A stretch of 64,000 bases of DNA from Chloroflexota bacterium (GTDB taxonomy: Bacteria > Chloroflexota > Ktedonobacteria > Ktedonobacterales > JADMIN01), in NCBI GenBank assembly GCA_021323855.1, contig JAJPKE010000032.1, positions 749-64,748 on the forward strand, in the 5' to 3' direction. Positions within the stretch are counted from its first letter, which is position 1. Every line of letters begins with the position of its first letter. The position numbers and the translations under genes are program-made. Below, piece after piece: positions 1 through 9,021 of this stretch. The notes below the pieces were generated by a model. It was not told where the DNA came from. It saw only the letters and a program-made list of their open reading frames with translations, and ran no database searches.

Positions 1-488
1 GGAATCTGCGCGGGCTGATCTTCCATGCGATGCGGCGCGGCGCGGAAGCCTTGCCTTGTTTCGATTATGCGATCTCGCTCGACCCGAACTTTGCGCTTGC
101 CCATGATAACAAAGCGACAGTGCTGCTGATGCAGGGCAATGTGGCGGCAGCCACCCCTGCGCTGGAGCGGGCGACGGCACTGGACCCCAGCAATGCGTAT
201 GGATTCTCGAATCTCGGTTATGCGCTCTATTATGCCCACCGGCCCAATGAGGCGTTGACGGCGTTTGACCGTGCCATCGCGCTCGCACCGGCAATGGCGC
301 CGCTCTATAACAATCGCGGCACAGCATTGCGGGCGCTTGGCCGCACCGATGAGGCGCTGGCGGCCTACGATCAGGCGCTGACGATTGACCGCACGCTGAC
401 AATGGCGCTGCGCAACAAAGCACGAGCGTTGCGCGCCGCCGGACGCGAGGCCGAGGCGCAGGCCGTGCTGGCACAGCTACCAGCATAG
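1..488 (+). CDS. Tetratricopeptide-repeat protein, 5' truncated by the window edge
   Basis: Tandem TPR units (A..CFDYAISLDP, A..AFDRAIALAP, YNNRG..L..LGR..EAL.AYDQAL). The frame is open upstream of ATG 30 to the window edge. Confidence 0.85.
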   Translation, partial: NLRGLIFHAMRRGAEALPCFDYAISLDPNFALAHDNKATVLLMQGNVAAATPALERATALDPSNAYGFSNLGYALYYAHRPNEALTAFDRAIALAPAMAPLYNNRGTALRALGRTDEALAAYDQALTIDRTLTMALRNKARALRAAGREAEAQAVLAQLPA

Positions 489-492
489 GCGG

Positions 493-1308
493 GTGAGCAA
501 CAGCATGACAACACTACATGATATCCAGCGTCCAGTGGCACTCATCACTGGCGGCTCGCGTGGCATCGGCGCGGCAACCGCGCTGGCGCTGGCCGAACGT
601 GGCTACGATGTCGCTATCACCTTTCGCAATAAGGCGGCGCGCGCCGAAGAGGTGATCGCGTCGCTGGCGCAACGCAATGTGCGCGGGCTGGCCGTCGCCT
701 GTGACATGACGCGCGCGGAAGACCGGGCGGCGTTGCTGGCCGAACTCCGCGACTGGACGCCACAGCTCGATCTGCTGATTCTGAACGCATCAGGCGGCCT
801 CGAACGCGATCTGGTGGCCGAGAATCCAGACTACCCCATGCTCATCAACCGCGACGCGCAGGTGGCGTTGGTGGACGAGTGTCTGCCACTGCTGCGCGCA
901 CCATCCACAATCGTGTTTGTCACCAGTCATTGGGCGCATCTACATGGCAAGGTGGAGCAGTTACCGTCCTATGAGCCGGTAGCCGCCTCGAAATACGCTG
1001 GCGAACTGGCGTTGCGACAGCGCCAGCCGCAATTAGCAGCACAGGGCATCCGGCTGCTCGTCGTCACCGGCGATTTGATCGAGGGGACGATTACGCCGAA
1101 GCTCTTAGAGCGCGCAGCGCCCGGTCTGACGGGTAGCAGGCGCGAGGAGATGGGACGCCTGCCAACCGCTGAGGAGATGGGCCGTGCGATTGCGCTTGCC
1201 GCGACCGATTCTACGCTGCCCGGCGGCCATACCGTCGTGGTTGGCGGCGCGCTGGAGTCGTTGCCAGGACGCGGCACTGAAGTGCCGGCGCACGATACTA
1301 TAGACTGA
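493..1308 (+). CDS. SDR family oxidoreductase
   Basis: TGGSRGIG Rossmann motif; LILNASGG; YEPVAASK catalytic-region variant. Confidence 0.9.
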   Translation: MSNSMTTLHDIQRPVALITGGSRGIGAATALALAERGYDVAITFRNKAARAEEVIASLAQRNVRGLAVACDMTRAEDRAALLAELRDWTPQLDLLILNASGGLERDLVAENPDYPMLINRDAQVALVDECLPLLRAPSTIVFVTSHWAHLHGKVEQLPSYEPVAASKYAGELALRQRQPQLAAQGIRLLVVTGDLIEGTITPKLLERAAPGLTGSRREEMGRLPTAEEMGRAIALAATDSTLPGGHTVVVGGALESLPGRGTEVPAHDTID

Positions 1309-1401
1309 AGTCTCACCGGGCAGGGCAAGTTCGTCGGGCTTTAGCCCTGCCAAATCGTGCGCCGGCTGTTTACAGCCGCGATTAAGAAAGTGAGAGACGA
1401 G

Positions 1402-2829
1402 ATGCAGACCGAGGCACCAGCTACACCAACCGCAACGGCGACCTATGATGCCATCATCATCGGCGCGGGCCAGTCGGGAGGACCGCTTTCGACGGCGCTG
1501 GCGAAGGCCGGGCGCAAGACGGCGATCATCGAACGCGAACATGTCGGCGGCACCTGCATCAACGAAGGCTGCACGCCAACCAAGACGATGGTGGCTAGTG
1601 CGCGGGTGGCCTATCTGGCCCGGCGCGCGGCGGACTACGGTGTGCAGACCGGCCCGGTGAGCGTGGACATGACGGTGGTGCGCAAGCGCAAGCGCGATAT
1701 CGTCACCAGTTGGCGGGACGGCAGCCAGCACCGCATCGAAGAGACGCCAAATGTTGACCTGCTCTTTGGTGAGGCGCGTTTCACCGGACCAAAGACGCTC
1801 GACGTGCAAATGAGGGATGGCGGCGTTCGCCGGATCAGCGCCGACACTATTCTCATCAACACCGGCGAACGACCCGCCAAAGCGGATATCTCCGGCATCG
1901 AGCAGGTGCCCACGCTCAACTCGACCAGCATCATGGAACTGGACCAGGTGCCGGAGCATCTGCTGGTCGTCGGTGGCGGCTATGTGGGGCTGGAGTTCGG
2001 CCAGATGTTTCGTCGCTTCGGCAGCAATGTCACGATCATTCAGCGCGGCCCGAAGCTGCTGTCGCGCGAGGATGGCGATGTAGCCGACGAGGTGGCGAAG
2101 ATTCTGCGTGAAGATGGCATCGAGGTGCTGCTGGAAACCCATCCGCTCTCTGTCGCACACTCCGGCGACACCGGCCAATCTATCCATCTGACGGTGAAAA
2201 CGACGCATGGTGAGCGCGTCCTCACTGGCTCGCATCTCCTGATCGCCGCCGGACGCACGCCCAACACCGACGCGCTGAATCCCGCCGCCGCAGGCATCGA
2301 GACGGACAAACGTGGCTACATCGTCGCCAATGAGCGGCTGGAAACCAACGTGCCGGGCATCTATGTGATGGGCGATGTCAAAGGCGGGCCAGCCTTCACG
2401 CATATCTCCTATGATGATTTCCGCATCATGCGCGCAAATCTCCTGCACGAAGAACACGAGACGATCACTGGGCGGCTGGTCCCGTACACGGTGTTCATAG
2501 ACCCACAATTGGGGCGTGTCGGTCTGACGGAACACGAAGCGCGTGCGCAAAGGATACCGATTCGCGTGGCGAAGCTGCCGATGTCGTCGGTGGCGCGGGC
2601 CATTGAAACCGATGAGACGCGCGGCTTCATGAAAGCTGTTGTGCATGCAGAGACACAGCAGATACTAGGCGCGGCGGTGCTGGGCATCGAGGGCGGTGAG
2701 ATCATGAGTGTGCTGGAAGTGGCGATGATGGGCAAGCTGCCCTACACGGCGCTGCGCGATGGCATCTTTGCCCATCCCACGCTCTCCGAATCGCTGAACA
2801 ACCTGTTCATGGCGCTGGATGAGGAGTAG
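1402..2829 (+). CDS. Class I pyridine nucleotide-disulfide oxidoreductase, RclA/YkgC-like (usually auto-annotated as mercuric reductase)
   Basis: [12 protein letters not shown] motif, [13 protein letters not shown] redox disulfide, GGGYVGLE, C-terminal [12 protein letters not shown]. It lacks the C-terminal Cys-Cys of true MerA. ATG 1402 chosen as start. Confidence 0.85.
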   Translation: MQTEAPATPTATATYDAIIIGAGQSGGPLSTALAKAGRKTAIIEREHVGGTCINEGCTPTKTMVASARVAYLARRAADYGVQTGPVSVDMTVVRKRKRDIVTSWRDGSQHRIEETPNVDLLFGEARFTGPKTLDVQMRDGGVRRISADTILINTGERPAKADISGIEQVPTLNSTSIMELDQVPEHLLVVGGGYVGLEFGQMFRRFGSNVTIIQRGPKLLSREDGDVADEVAKILREDGIEVLLETHPLSVAHSGDTGQSIHLTVKTTHGERVLTGSHLLIAAGRTPNTDALNPAAAGIETDKRGYIVANERLETNVPGIYVMGDVKGGPAFTHISYDDFRIMRANLLHEEHETITGRLVPYTVFIDPQLGRVGLTEHEARAQRIPIRVAKLPMSSVARAIETDETRGFMKAVVHAETQQILGAAVLGIEGGEIMSVLEVAMMGKLPYTALRDGIFAHPTLSESLNNLFMALDEE

Positions 2830-2859
2830 CACGCCAACACGCTTGCGGTTTCTTGTGCT

Positions 2860-2889
2860 GGTAGGGCAGACATTTCTGTCTGCCCTACC
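2860..2889. repeat. REP-like palindrome, family A (GGTAGGGCAGACA-N4-TGTCTGCCCTACC)
   Basis: Perfect 13-bp inverted repeat between convergent genes; related copies at 11428, 24501 and 58339. Confidence 0.75.
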
Positions 2890-2930
2890 GAGGTGGGGCT
2901 ACATGGCGCACGGAACTGCTTGGCTGCAAC

Positions 2931-3326
2931 TTAATCAGCGTTCGGCGGGGTAGCTGGCTGCTGGGCGAAGCGATAGATTGAGACGTAGTGCCCGTCAGGG
3001 TCTTTCGCCAGGAAATAGCGCCCAAACGGCAGGTCTATTGGGTCCGCCACGATTTCGACACCCTTCTCCTTCCAGCGTTGCCACACACTGTCAACGTCGT
3101 CCACCTCAAAGCTCAGTTCCACGCCGCCGGACTGCTCTTCATACTTCGGCGCCAGTTGCGACGCATCCTTATTTTGCAAGCCCAACAAGGAACCGCCGGA
3201 AGGACGCAGGGTGATGAAGTTCGGACCGGAGATGGCGTCCACGACGGTCGCCCCCAGTTCTTCGACGTAGAACGCCTTCGTCTGCTCCATATCACGCACG
3301 TACAGAATGATAAACCCCAGATTCAT
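2931..3326 (-). CDS. VOC/glyoxalase-bleomycin resistance family protein
   Basis: ILYVRDMEQTKAFY, ELSFEVDDVD and PFGRYFLAKDPDGH are typical VOC motifs. Confidence 0.9.
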   Translation of the reverse strand: MNLGFIILYVRDMEQTKAFYVEELGATVVDAISGPNFITLRPSGGSLLGLQNKDASQLAPKYEEQSGGVELSFEVDDVDSVWQRWKEKGVEIVADPIDLPFGRYFLAKDPDGHYVSIYRFAQQPATPPNAD

Positions 3327-3421
3327 GGTATGCGCTCCTCTTGTTCTTCTCTATCTTGCTAGCTTCAACCGTCTGGCCGCGAGCACATCGTCTTTGTCGT
3401 CTTTCTCGCGTCCTCATTCAC

Positions 3422-3455
3422 AGTATAGAAGGGCCGTGTGACACCAGTATGTCAG
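3422..3455 (-). promoter_or_regulatory. Promoter of the VOC gene with a TGACA-N6-TGTCA palindrome (WYL/PafBC-type activator architecture)
   Basis: The minus strand reads CTGACATACTGGTGTCAC-N10-TATACT. Confidence 0.55.
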
Positions 3456-3633
3456 CAGCGTTTTGACTTCGGAGATATCTCATAATTTCCTGATATTATC
3501 GGCCCTTCGCAACTGCTCCAATGGGAGCGAGGACTGTGGAAAAGCTCATAGCATCTACCAGTGGCCACACTTGTATAATATCTTGTGGTATTGTAGTCAT
3601 TGGATTTTGACAGGCGGTATGCGGTTTCCCAAC

Positions 3634-3662
3634 TTGACACAACACTGTGTCTTGTTTATACT
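3634..3662 (+). promoter_or_regulatory. Sigma70-type promoter with an overlapping GACACA-N4-TGTGTC palindrome
   Basis: TTGACA (3634-3639), 17-nt spacer, TATACT (3657-3662). Confidence 0.7.
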
Positions 3663-3879
3663 CACCCAAGACGCCATCAGGCAAACCATTTTTCAGCAGG
3701 TAAGCCGCAATCATCGCCTGTCGTGCTGCTCTACACACTGTTCTGTTGCTGCCAATGCGTCTATGACCGGGTAGCAGAAGGCGAGAAGTTGCCGGGTGCT
3801 GAGGAGTGGCTCACCGTATCACAGGCCGAGGGGCGCGGCATCGTCAACCCCTGGCTCTCACGGAGCGGAGGTAATAAGC

Positions 3880-4527
3880 ATGGATTTGAGCGTCGAGGGG
3901 AAGTCTGAGCGAATTCCGCCAGGATCGCATATATTGCAACTCTACAATAAGGTGAGCGAGATCTCTGGCGTGACAGCGCGCTTGATTGAAGTAGGATTAT
4001 CCTCTTCGGAAAAGTGCCTTTTCGCCGGCGCTCCCTCATCGGTTCAGGAGATGGAACAAGCCCTGACAAAGTCTGGTATTGATTGCGCGGCGGCGCAAGA
4101 GGCCGGGCAATTGGTCTTTCTCTCAGAGCGCGATTCGTTGCTCGTCAACAAGCATTTTGATCCCTATCATCTTCTCTCAACGCACCAGACCTTTATTGCG
4201 CAGGCGCTACGCGAAGGTTGGAAGGCCGTCCGTATTTCGATGGATATGACCTGGCTGACCAGCGATGTAGCAACCCCTGAGCAAGTCCTCAAATACGAAG
4301 CCGCATCTGACGCGGTTTTCACCTTCCAGAACGCCCCCATCATTGCGCTGATGCACTACGACTATTCCAAGCTACCCGGCGCGCTCGTCGTGGAGATGTT
4401 GAAGCTTCATCCTATCGCGGTTGTCGGCAAGTTCATCAAGCGCAACCCGTATTATCTCAATTCCGAGCAGTATCTGCTTAAGATTCTGCGCGGCAACCGT
4501 GAAAAGGGGCACGTCGTCGCCGTGTAG
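3880..4527 (+). CDS. Stand-alone MEDS (DcmR-like sensory) domain protein
   Basis: PGSHILQLY, EKCLF, AVRISMDMTW, KYEA, HYDYSKL..LKLHP and NPYY match the MEDS pattern; GGAGG RBS before ATG 3880. Confidence 0.8.
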   Translation: MDLSVEGKSERIPPGSHILQLYNKVSEISGVTARLIEVGLSSSEKCLFAGAPSSVQEMEQALTKSGIDCAAAQEAGQLVFLSERDSLLVNKHFDPYHLLSTHQTFIAQALREGWKAVRISMDMTWLTSDVATPEQVLKYEAASDAVFTFQNAPIIALMHYDYSKLPGALVVEMLKLHPIAVVGKFIKRNPYYLNSEQYLLKILRGNREKGHVVAV

Positions 4528-4757
4528 CGCATCGCCAAGCTATCATGCTATACGCTCACCTCATGAGCGTATTTCTTTCTCGCGCGAGCATTTGCAGCAG
4601 CGCGCCTGCTGATCGAGTGATCGAGTTCCGCAGGACGCGGTACGCTGCAATCAGCCTCGCGCGATTCTTCGAGCGCCTCGGCTCACCCATATCGTCAACG
4701 AGTCGAACAAGTCAACACCAGCCAACATCAAACAACACCGGACTACCTATCATCAGC

Positions 4758-5378
4758 ATGGCAAAACTACAGGCAGTGCGTGCATTCTCCGCAGGCGGGG
4801 TCGTCTTTCGCTACGCTCCGCTGCAAGATGCTATCCCAATCGAGCAATCCAGCTCCTCTCACCAGCAAGAGCGGGCGGAAACACCAGGAGAAACAGCCAT
4901 CACTATCCCACAGGTGGTGCTGGTCGGACGCGCGGCTGATGATTTCTGGGTGCTGCCCAAAGGCACCCCGGAGCAAGGAGAGACCAACGAGCAGGTCGCG
5001 CTTCGCGAGGTGGCCGAAGAAACTGGCATCAAGACGCGCATCGTTGGCAAGCTGGGGAGTATCTATTACGCCTTCTCACGCCAGGGTACGCGCTATGACA
5101 AGCGGGTGCTGTATTATCTCATGGAAGCTATCGGCGGGGATGTTTCGTTGCACGACCACGAGTACGATGACGCGCAATGGTTCACCCTGGACGACGCCAC
5201 AGAGCATCTGGTCTACACCAACGAGGTGGACATCCTCAAACGCGCTGCGCCGCGCATCCTCGCGCGCCAGCAGCAACGCACCCAGACCCGGCGCGACCAT
5301 ACGCGGCAGGCAAGGCGCGCAAAAAACCGGCAAGGCACGCGACGCTCGACGAGCAAGCCATCAACACGCGGGCAGTGA
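4758..5378 (+). CDS. NUDIX hydrolase
   Basis: SAGGVV and Nudix box PKGTPEQGETNEQVALREVAEETG; basic C-terminal tail. Confidence 0.9.
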   Translation: MAKLQAVRAFSAGGVVFRYAPLQDAIPIEQSSSSHQQERAETPGETAITIPQVVLVGRAADDFWVLPKGTPEQGETNEQVALREVAEETGIKTRIVGKLGSIYYAFSRQGTRYDKRVLYYLMEAIGGDVSLHDHEYDDAQWFTLDDATEHLVYTNEVDILKRAAPRILARQQQRTQTRRDHTRQARRAKNRQGTRRSTSKPSTRGQ

Positions 5379-5436
5379 TCTGAAATGATCGGATAGGCAT
5401 GTACGCGCGGTGATCCAGCGCCCGCCGGATCACCGG

Positions 5437-5643
5437 CTAATCCGCATTCGATGAGGCGACGGCGACATCGCCGACGAGTTCCTGAATTGCGCGTAACTTG
5501 CGTTCGGCCTCTTCGACATTTTCGAGCGCCTGCGCAAGAATGCGTTCTTCGAGCGTGGGAAATGTTTGCTCGATCTCCGGGTCGAGCTTGTTGCCAAGCA
5601 ACTCTAGTGCGCGCACGAGCCGGATGTCCAGGACGGAGGTCAT
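5437..5643 (-). CDS. Small helical hypothetical protein (68 aa)
   Basis: GAGGTG RBS, coding-like composition, amphipathic/coiled-coil pattern; hairpin at about 5409-5434 between the convergent genes. Confidence 0.7.
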   Translation of the reverse strand: MTSVLDIRLVRALELLGNKLDPEIEQTFPTLEERILAQALENVEEAERKLRAIQELVGDVAVASSNAD

Positions 5644-5956
5644 CGCTCTGTCACCTCAACCTTTGTGAGCCTTTGTGTAGTGCCCAAACTATGAACGGCC
5701 AATCCCTCGGTGCGAAGTTTGCTGTACCTGGAGAACCCCCTACCGACCTTGCCGTGTGCCCTGGTCGCGCAGTAGATGTAGCATAGATCATGCCTGAGTC
5801 ACTGCTTGTCGCCGCTTCACCCGGCATCAACCGATAATCTCGCAGGTCTGCTCCCATAACTCCGCTGCATTGATTGTTATCTCTGATTGTACGGCTATGG
5901 TTACGTGCTGTCTACCTCCCATTGGTCCTGGTTGGTCCTGGTACCAGCTACCTGGC

Positions 5957-6394
5957 CTATTGAACGTTGATGGTCACTTCCATTCCTGGATGGATGGTGC
6001 AAACGACGGTATACGTGCCTGCGTTGGCAAATGTTACGTCAATTGGCGGATCTCCCGGCGACACCTGAATGCCAGTGGTTACATTGAGCTTCGCCGGTGC
6101 GCCAGTTTCTGGCGCGCACTGCTCGTTCTTGCCGATGCAGATGATATGGACGCCGCCGCCATTCGCCGGATCAACAAAGTGAACCGTTTGCCCGGCGTGG
6201 ATGGTGATGGAACTCTGCTGAAACTCAGCCACGCCCATATCCACCTCATTTGCGGCTCCGCCGCCACCGGAGCCGGACCCACCACAGGCGGCCAGTGCCA
6301 GGCAGAGCGCCGCCAGTGCCAGCAAGACCACAACCAGACGGGAGCGCCCAGCCGTTCGTCGCACCATTGCCACCATACGTAAAGTACCCTCCAT
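5957..6394 (-). CDS. Cupredoxin (plastocyanin/azurin-like) lipoprotein
   Basis: Signal peptide with lipobox LAAC; an upstream His plus C-terminal CTIHPGM type-1 copper ligands. Confidence 0.85.
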   Translation of the reverse strand: MEGTLRMVAMVRRTAGRSRLVVVLLALAALCLALAACGGSGSGGGGAANEVDMGVAEFQQSSITIHAGQTVHFVDPANGGGVHIICIGKNEQCAPETGAPAKLNVTTGIQVSPGDPPIDVTFANAGTYTVVCTIHPGMEVTINVQ

Positions 6395-6483
6395 GCACTA
6401 ATACGCGCGAAGGGTATGGTTTTCTAACAACAGCCAACTGAGATAGCGCAAATTGTTCTCCTGCTCCCATGCTCTTCCACGGG

Positions 6484-7305
6484 TTAGGTTGGCGCGAGTC
6501 GAAAGTCGCAGACAATTACTGGATAGTCTCGCTCTTTGTGGAACCCCAATTTCAAGGCAGTGGCTATCGAGGGTTCGTTGGTGGCCCAGCAATGCCAGCC
6601 AATCTCCGTTGCGCCCTGGGCAAATGCCCGCTTGATAACCGCTGACGCGACATGCGTAGCAATACCTTGTCGCTGATAGGCTGCGATAGTTTCGATACCC
6701 AGTTCATAGCGAGTCCGATACTGGTACTCGGCCAGGCACCAGCCAACGAGCTGGCGACCATCCTGGGCACAGAAGCCGAAATGGTGACGGAAAAAGTATT
6801 CAAGCGACGGACTTTCTGAATGGACTTCTTCTATCAACAGATCTCGGTTCACCAGTGAGGCATCGTTGAGCAAGCTCTGGGAAATTTGCGTCAGGACGAT
6901 AGCTGCTGGCAGAGGCGCAGTGAGTGGCTCGACTGGTTCTGTCAGGCGGTAATACTGTCGTAAAACCCTGTTCGTTCCCAACCCTTGAAGGGCCTGTTCG
7001 ATGGTATATTGCCAGGCATCTGATGGGTAACACACCATAAACCAGTAGCGATTGGCAACAGTTGGTTGGTAGAGCAGGTGAATGACCTCTGCGAGCAGGG
7101 AAGCCGATGGCGCGCCGCCCACAAAGACGTGATACTGGTTCGACGGGATCAAGATAGCAACAGTTGGGCTGCTGGGATCGTCAACATAGACCTTTCCTGG
7201 CAGTATTCCACTCAGGACGCTCGGCACTGCCAGATGGTACGCGCTCGTCTCCTCGAAGAGATCGGAGACCGACGGATAGGCGTTTGGTTCCAATAAGAAA
7301 GGCAT
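6484..7305 (-). CDS. GNAT family acetyltransferase (YdfB-like)
   Basis: ELGIETIAAYQRQGIAT acetyl-CoA motif and WHCWATNEPSIATALKLGF; start MPFLLEP at 7305 after GGAG. Confidence 0.85.
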   Translation of the reverse strand: MPFLLEPNAYPSVSDLFEETSAYHLAVPSVLSGILPGKVYVDDPSSPTVAILIPSNQYHVFVGGAPSASLLAEVIHLLYQPTVANRYWFMVCYPSDAWQYTIEQALQGLGTNRVLRQYYRLTEPVEPLTAPLPAAIVLTQISQSLLNDASLVNRDLLIEEVHSESPSLEYFFRHHFGFCAQDGRQLVGWCLAEYQYRTRYELGIETIAAYQRQGIATHVASAVIKRAFAQGATEIGWHCWATNEPSIATALKLGFHKERDYPVIVCDFRLAPT

Positions 7306-7545
7306 CGAGATGCTCCACGTGAGGTTGAGGCTCACACCGATCTGGCTGGGTCCTATCGTTATTGGCGCAATACAGGAAATGTGCATCCTGTCTCGGCCAA
7401 GATCAATGGCCCAAGACGATGGGAAAATAGACAAGCGGGCGTGGTGGAGCAACAGTCTTCACGAGAGGGGGCAGAGGGAGCGAGAACGAGGACAGCATGA
7501 ACAATCTAAGCGATCTATTTGTGAACAACAGGCAGTGAACACAAA

Positions 7546-7626
7546 TCAGGATTGACCTGTTCTTTTCCTCAAAGCGCCTCTGTGAAGGGTCGGCTGCTCG
7601 GAATGAATGGATTCCGTTCTATTCAT
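7546..7626 (-). CDS. Putative 26-aa leader peptide MNRTESIHSEQPTLHRGALRKRTGQS
   Basis: ATG preceded by a duplicated perfect SD (AAAGGAGGACAAAGGAGGACAT-ATG); ends about 240 nt upstream of the GNAT gene on the same strand. Confidence 0.5.
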   Translation of the reverse strand: MNRTESIHSEQPTLHRGALRKRTGQS

Positions 7627-7741
7627 ATGTCCTCCTTTGTCCTCCTTTGTCTTTCTTGCACGAAGCAGCGATAGCGAAGCATGGAGCAAATATACGGGGT
7701 GATGTGTGCGTTGTCAAGAGAGTGTGGTTGCACTCGTCCCG

Positions 7742-8728
7742 TTACGCTGTTTCTTCGCCGCGTATCGTGCCGCTGCGCTCCTGCGTCCCCTCGCCCAGAT
7801 AGCGCGCGAAGAAGCCGATGGCGCGCTCGCAGTAGTACGGGCGGTCCAGGAAGTATGCGCCGCAGTGGGCCGCGCCCTCCGCCAGCCAGAGGTCTTTTGG
7901 TTGCCGCGCCGCACGATAGACCTGGAGCGCATGCTCGACGGGAATCGTCTCGTCAGCCGTGCCGTGGATCACCAGCAGCGGGCGCGGCGCAAGCAGGGCG
8001 GCATCACGCACTGGTTGGACATCGCTGCTGCGATAGCCGCCCATATAGGGAAGAAACTGATCGGCGAGCCGCGCAATCATCCTGCCAGAGATGTGCGTAA
8101 CACGCTCGACGTTATGCGAGACGACATCGAGATGTGTGGCGAACGGGCTATCGGCAATGACACAGCGAATCTCTGGACGTTGCGCTGCGCCCATGATAGC
8201 GACCGACGCGCCCATCGAAAAGCCGATGACACCGATCTGCGCCTGTGGCATGCGTCGCGTGACATACTCAATCGCCGCACAAAAATCCTGCGTTTCGTGG
8301 TAGCCGAGCGTCACACTGGAGCCAGCGGAGGCGCCGTGGCCATTGAAGTCGAAGAGCAGCACGTTGTAGCCAGCCCGCCAGAGAATCGTGCCGATGCCGA
8401 CCAGTTGCGCCTTGCTGCCACGATAGCCATGACAGCCGATGATAACGCGGTCAGTTTCGGGGCATGGCAACCACCAGCCGCGCAGCAGATATTCACCGAC
8501 CAGCGGGGCAAAGGCGACTTCCTCGAAATCTGCTCCCGTCTCGAAGGGGGTCATCACAAAGTCATCCATCGGGTCCGCGCGTTTGGGCGCCGTCAGCACA
8601 TGGGCGACATAATACGCCAATCCAACTGCGCCCAACATTGCTCCGCCCGTTGCCACCGCGCTCGCCGTTGCTGCCTTGCGTACGCGCCGCTGTATGCTCG
8701 TGCGCGTTGCTATCGTTATATTTGCCAT
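7742..8728 (-). CDS. Alpha/beta fold hydrolase with N-terminal membrane anchor
   Basis: CHGY, GFSMG nucleophile elbow, IHGTADETIP, and EGAAH catalytic His. Confidence 0.9.
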   Translation of the reverse strand: MANITIATRTSIQRRVRKAATASAVATGGAMLGAVGLAYYVAHVLTAPKRADPMDDFVMTPFETGADFEEVAFAPLVGEYLLRGWWLPCPETDRVIIGCHGYRGSKAQLVGIGTILWRAGYNVLLFDFNGHGASAGSSVTLGYHETQDFCAAIEYVTRRMPQAQIGVIGFSMGASVAIMGAAQRPEIRCVIADSPFATHLDVVSHNVERVTHISGRMIARLADQFLPYMGGYRSSDVQPVRDAALLAPRPLLVIHGTADETIPVEHALQVYRAARQPKDLWLAEGAAHCGAYFLDRPYYCERAIGFFARYLGEGTQERSGTIRGEETA

Positions 8729-9021
8729 TGTTCGATAGTCTGCCTCTCTGTTGCCGCTAGACTGCCAACCCTTCTCTCCCCCCTTCTCCTGCCTTCTCTA
8801 CTATGAATTGTAACGAACAGGACCAATTGCACAGGTAACGCACATGACGCCAGCGCGTTTGTTGGTTCATCTGCACCAAATATGCCGCGCTGGTGCCACG
8901 CTGGCGCCCGCATCGCTGCCGGTGGCGGCGATTTTCTGGTACAATAGCGCAAGACGCGGGTCTTTTTCGTGCGCAATCGCGCATACCCCTATGTGGTCAA
9001 GTCGAGGTCAAGAGATAGCGT

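Noticed and set aside
1105-2646. 513-aa minus-strand ORF
   Set aside because: Antisense shadow of the well-supported disulfide oxidoreductase; typical of GC-rich codon bias and has no motifs.
3669-3720. GGCAAACC suggesting a c-di-GMP-I riboswitch
   Set aside because: The required GNRA-capped P2 and the downstream GCAAAGC/P3 elements are not present.
7706-8806. 366-aa plus-strand ORF
   Set aside because: Antisense shadow of the alpha/beta hydrolase.
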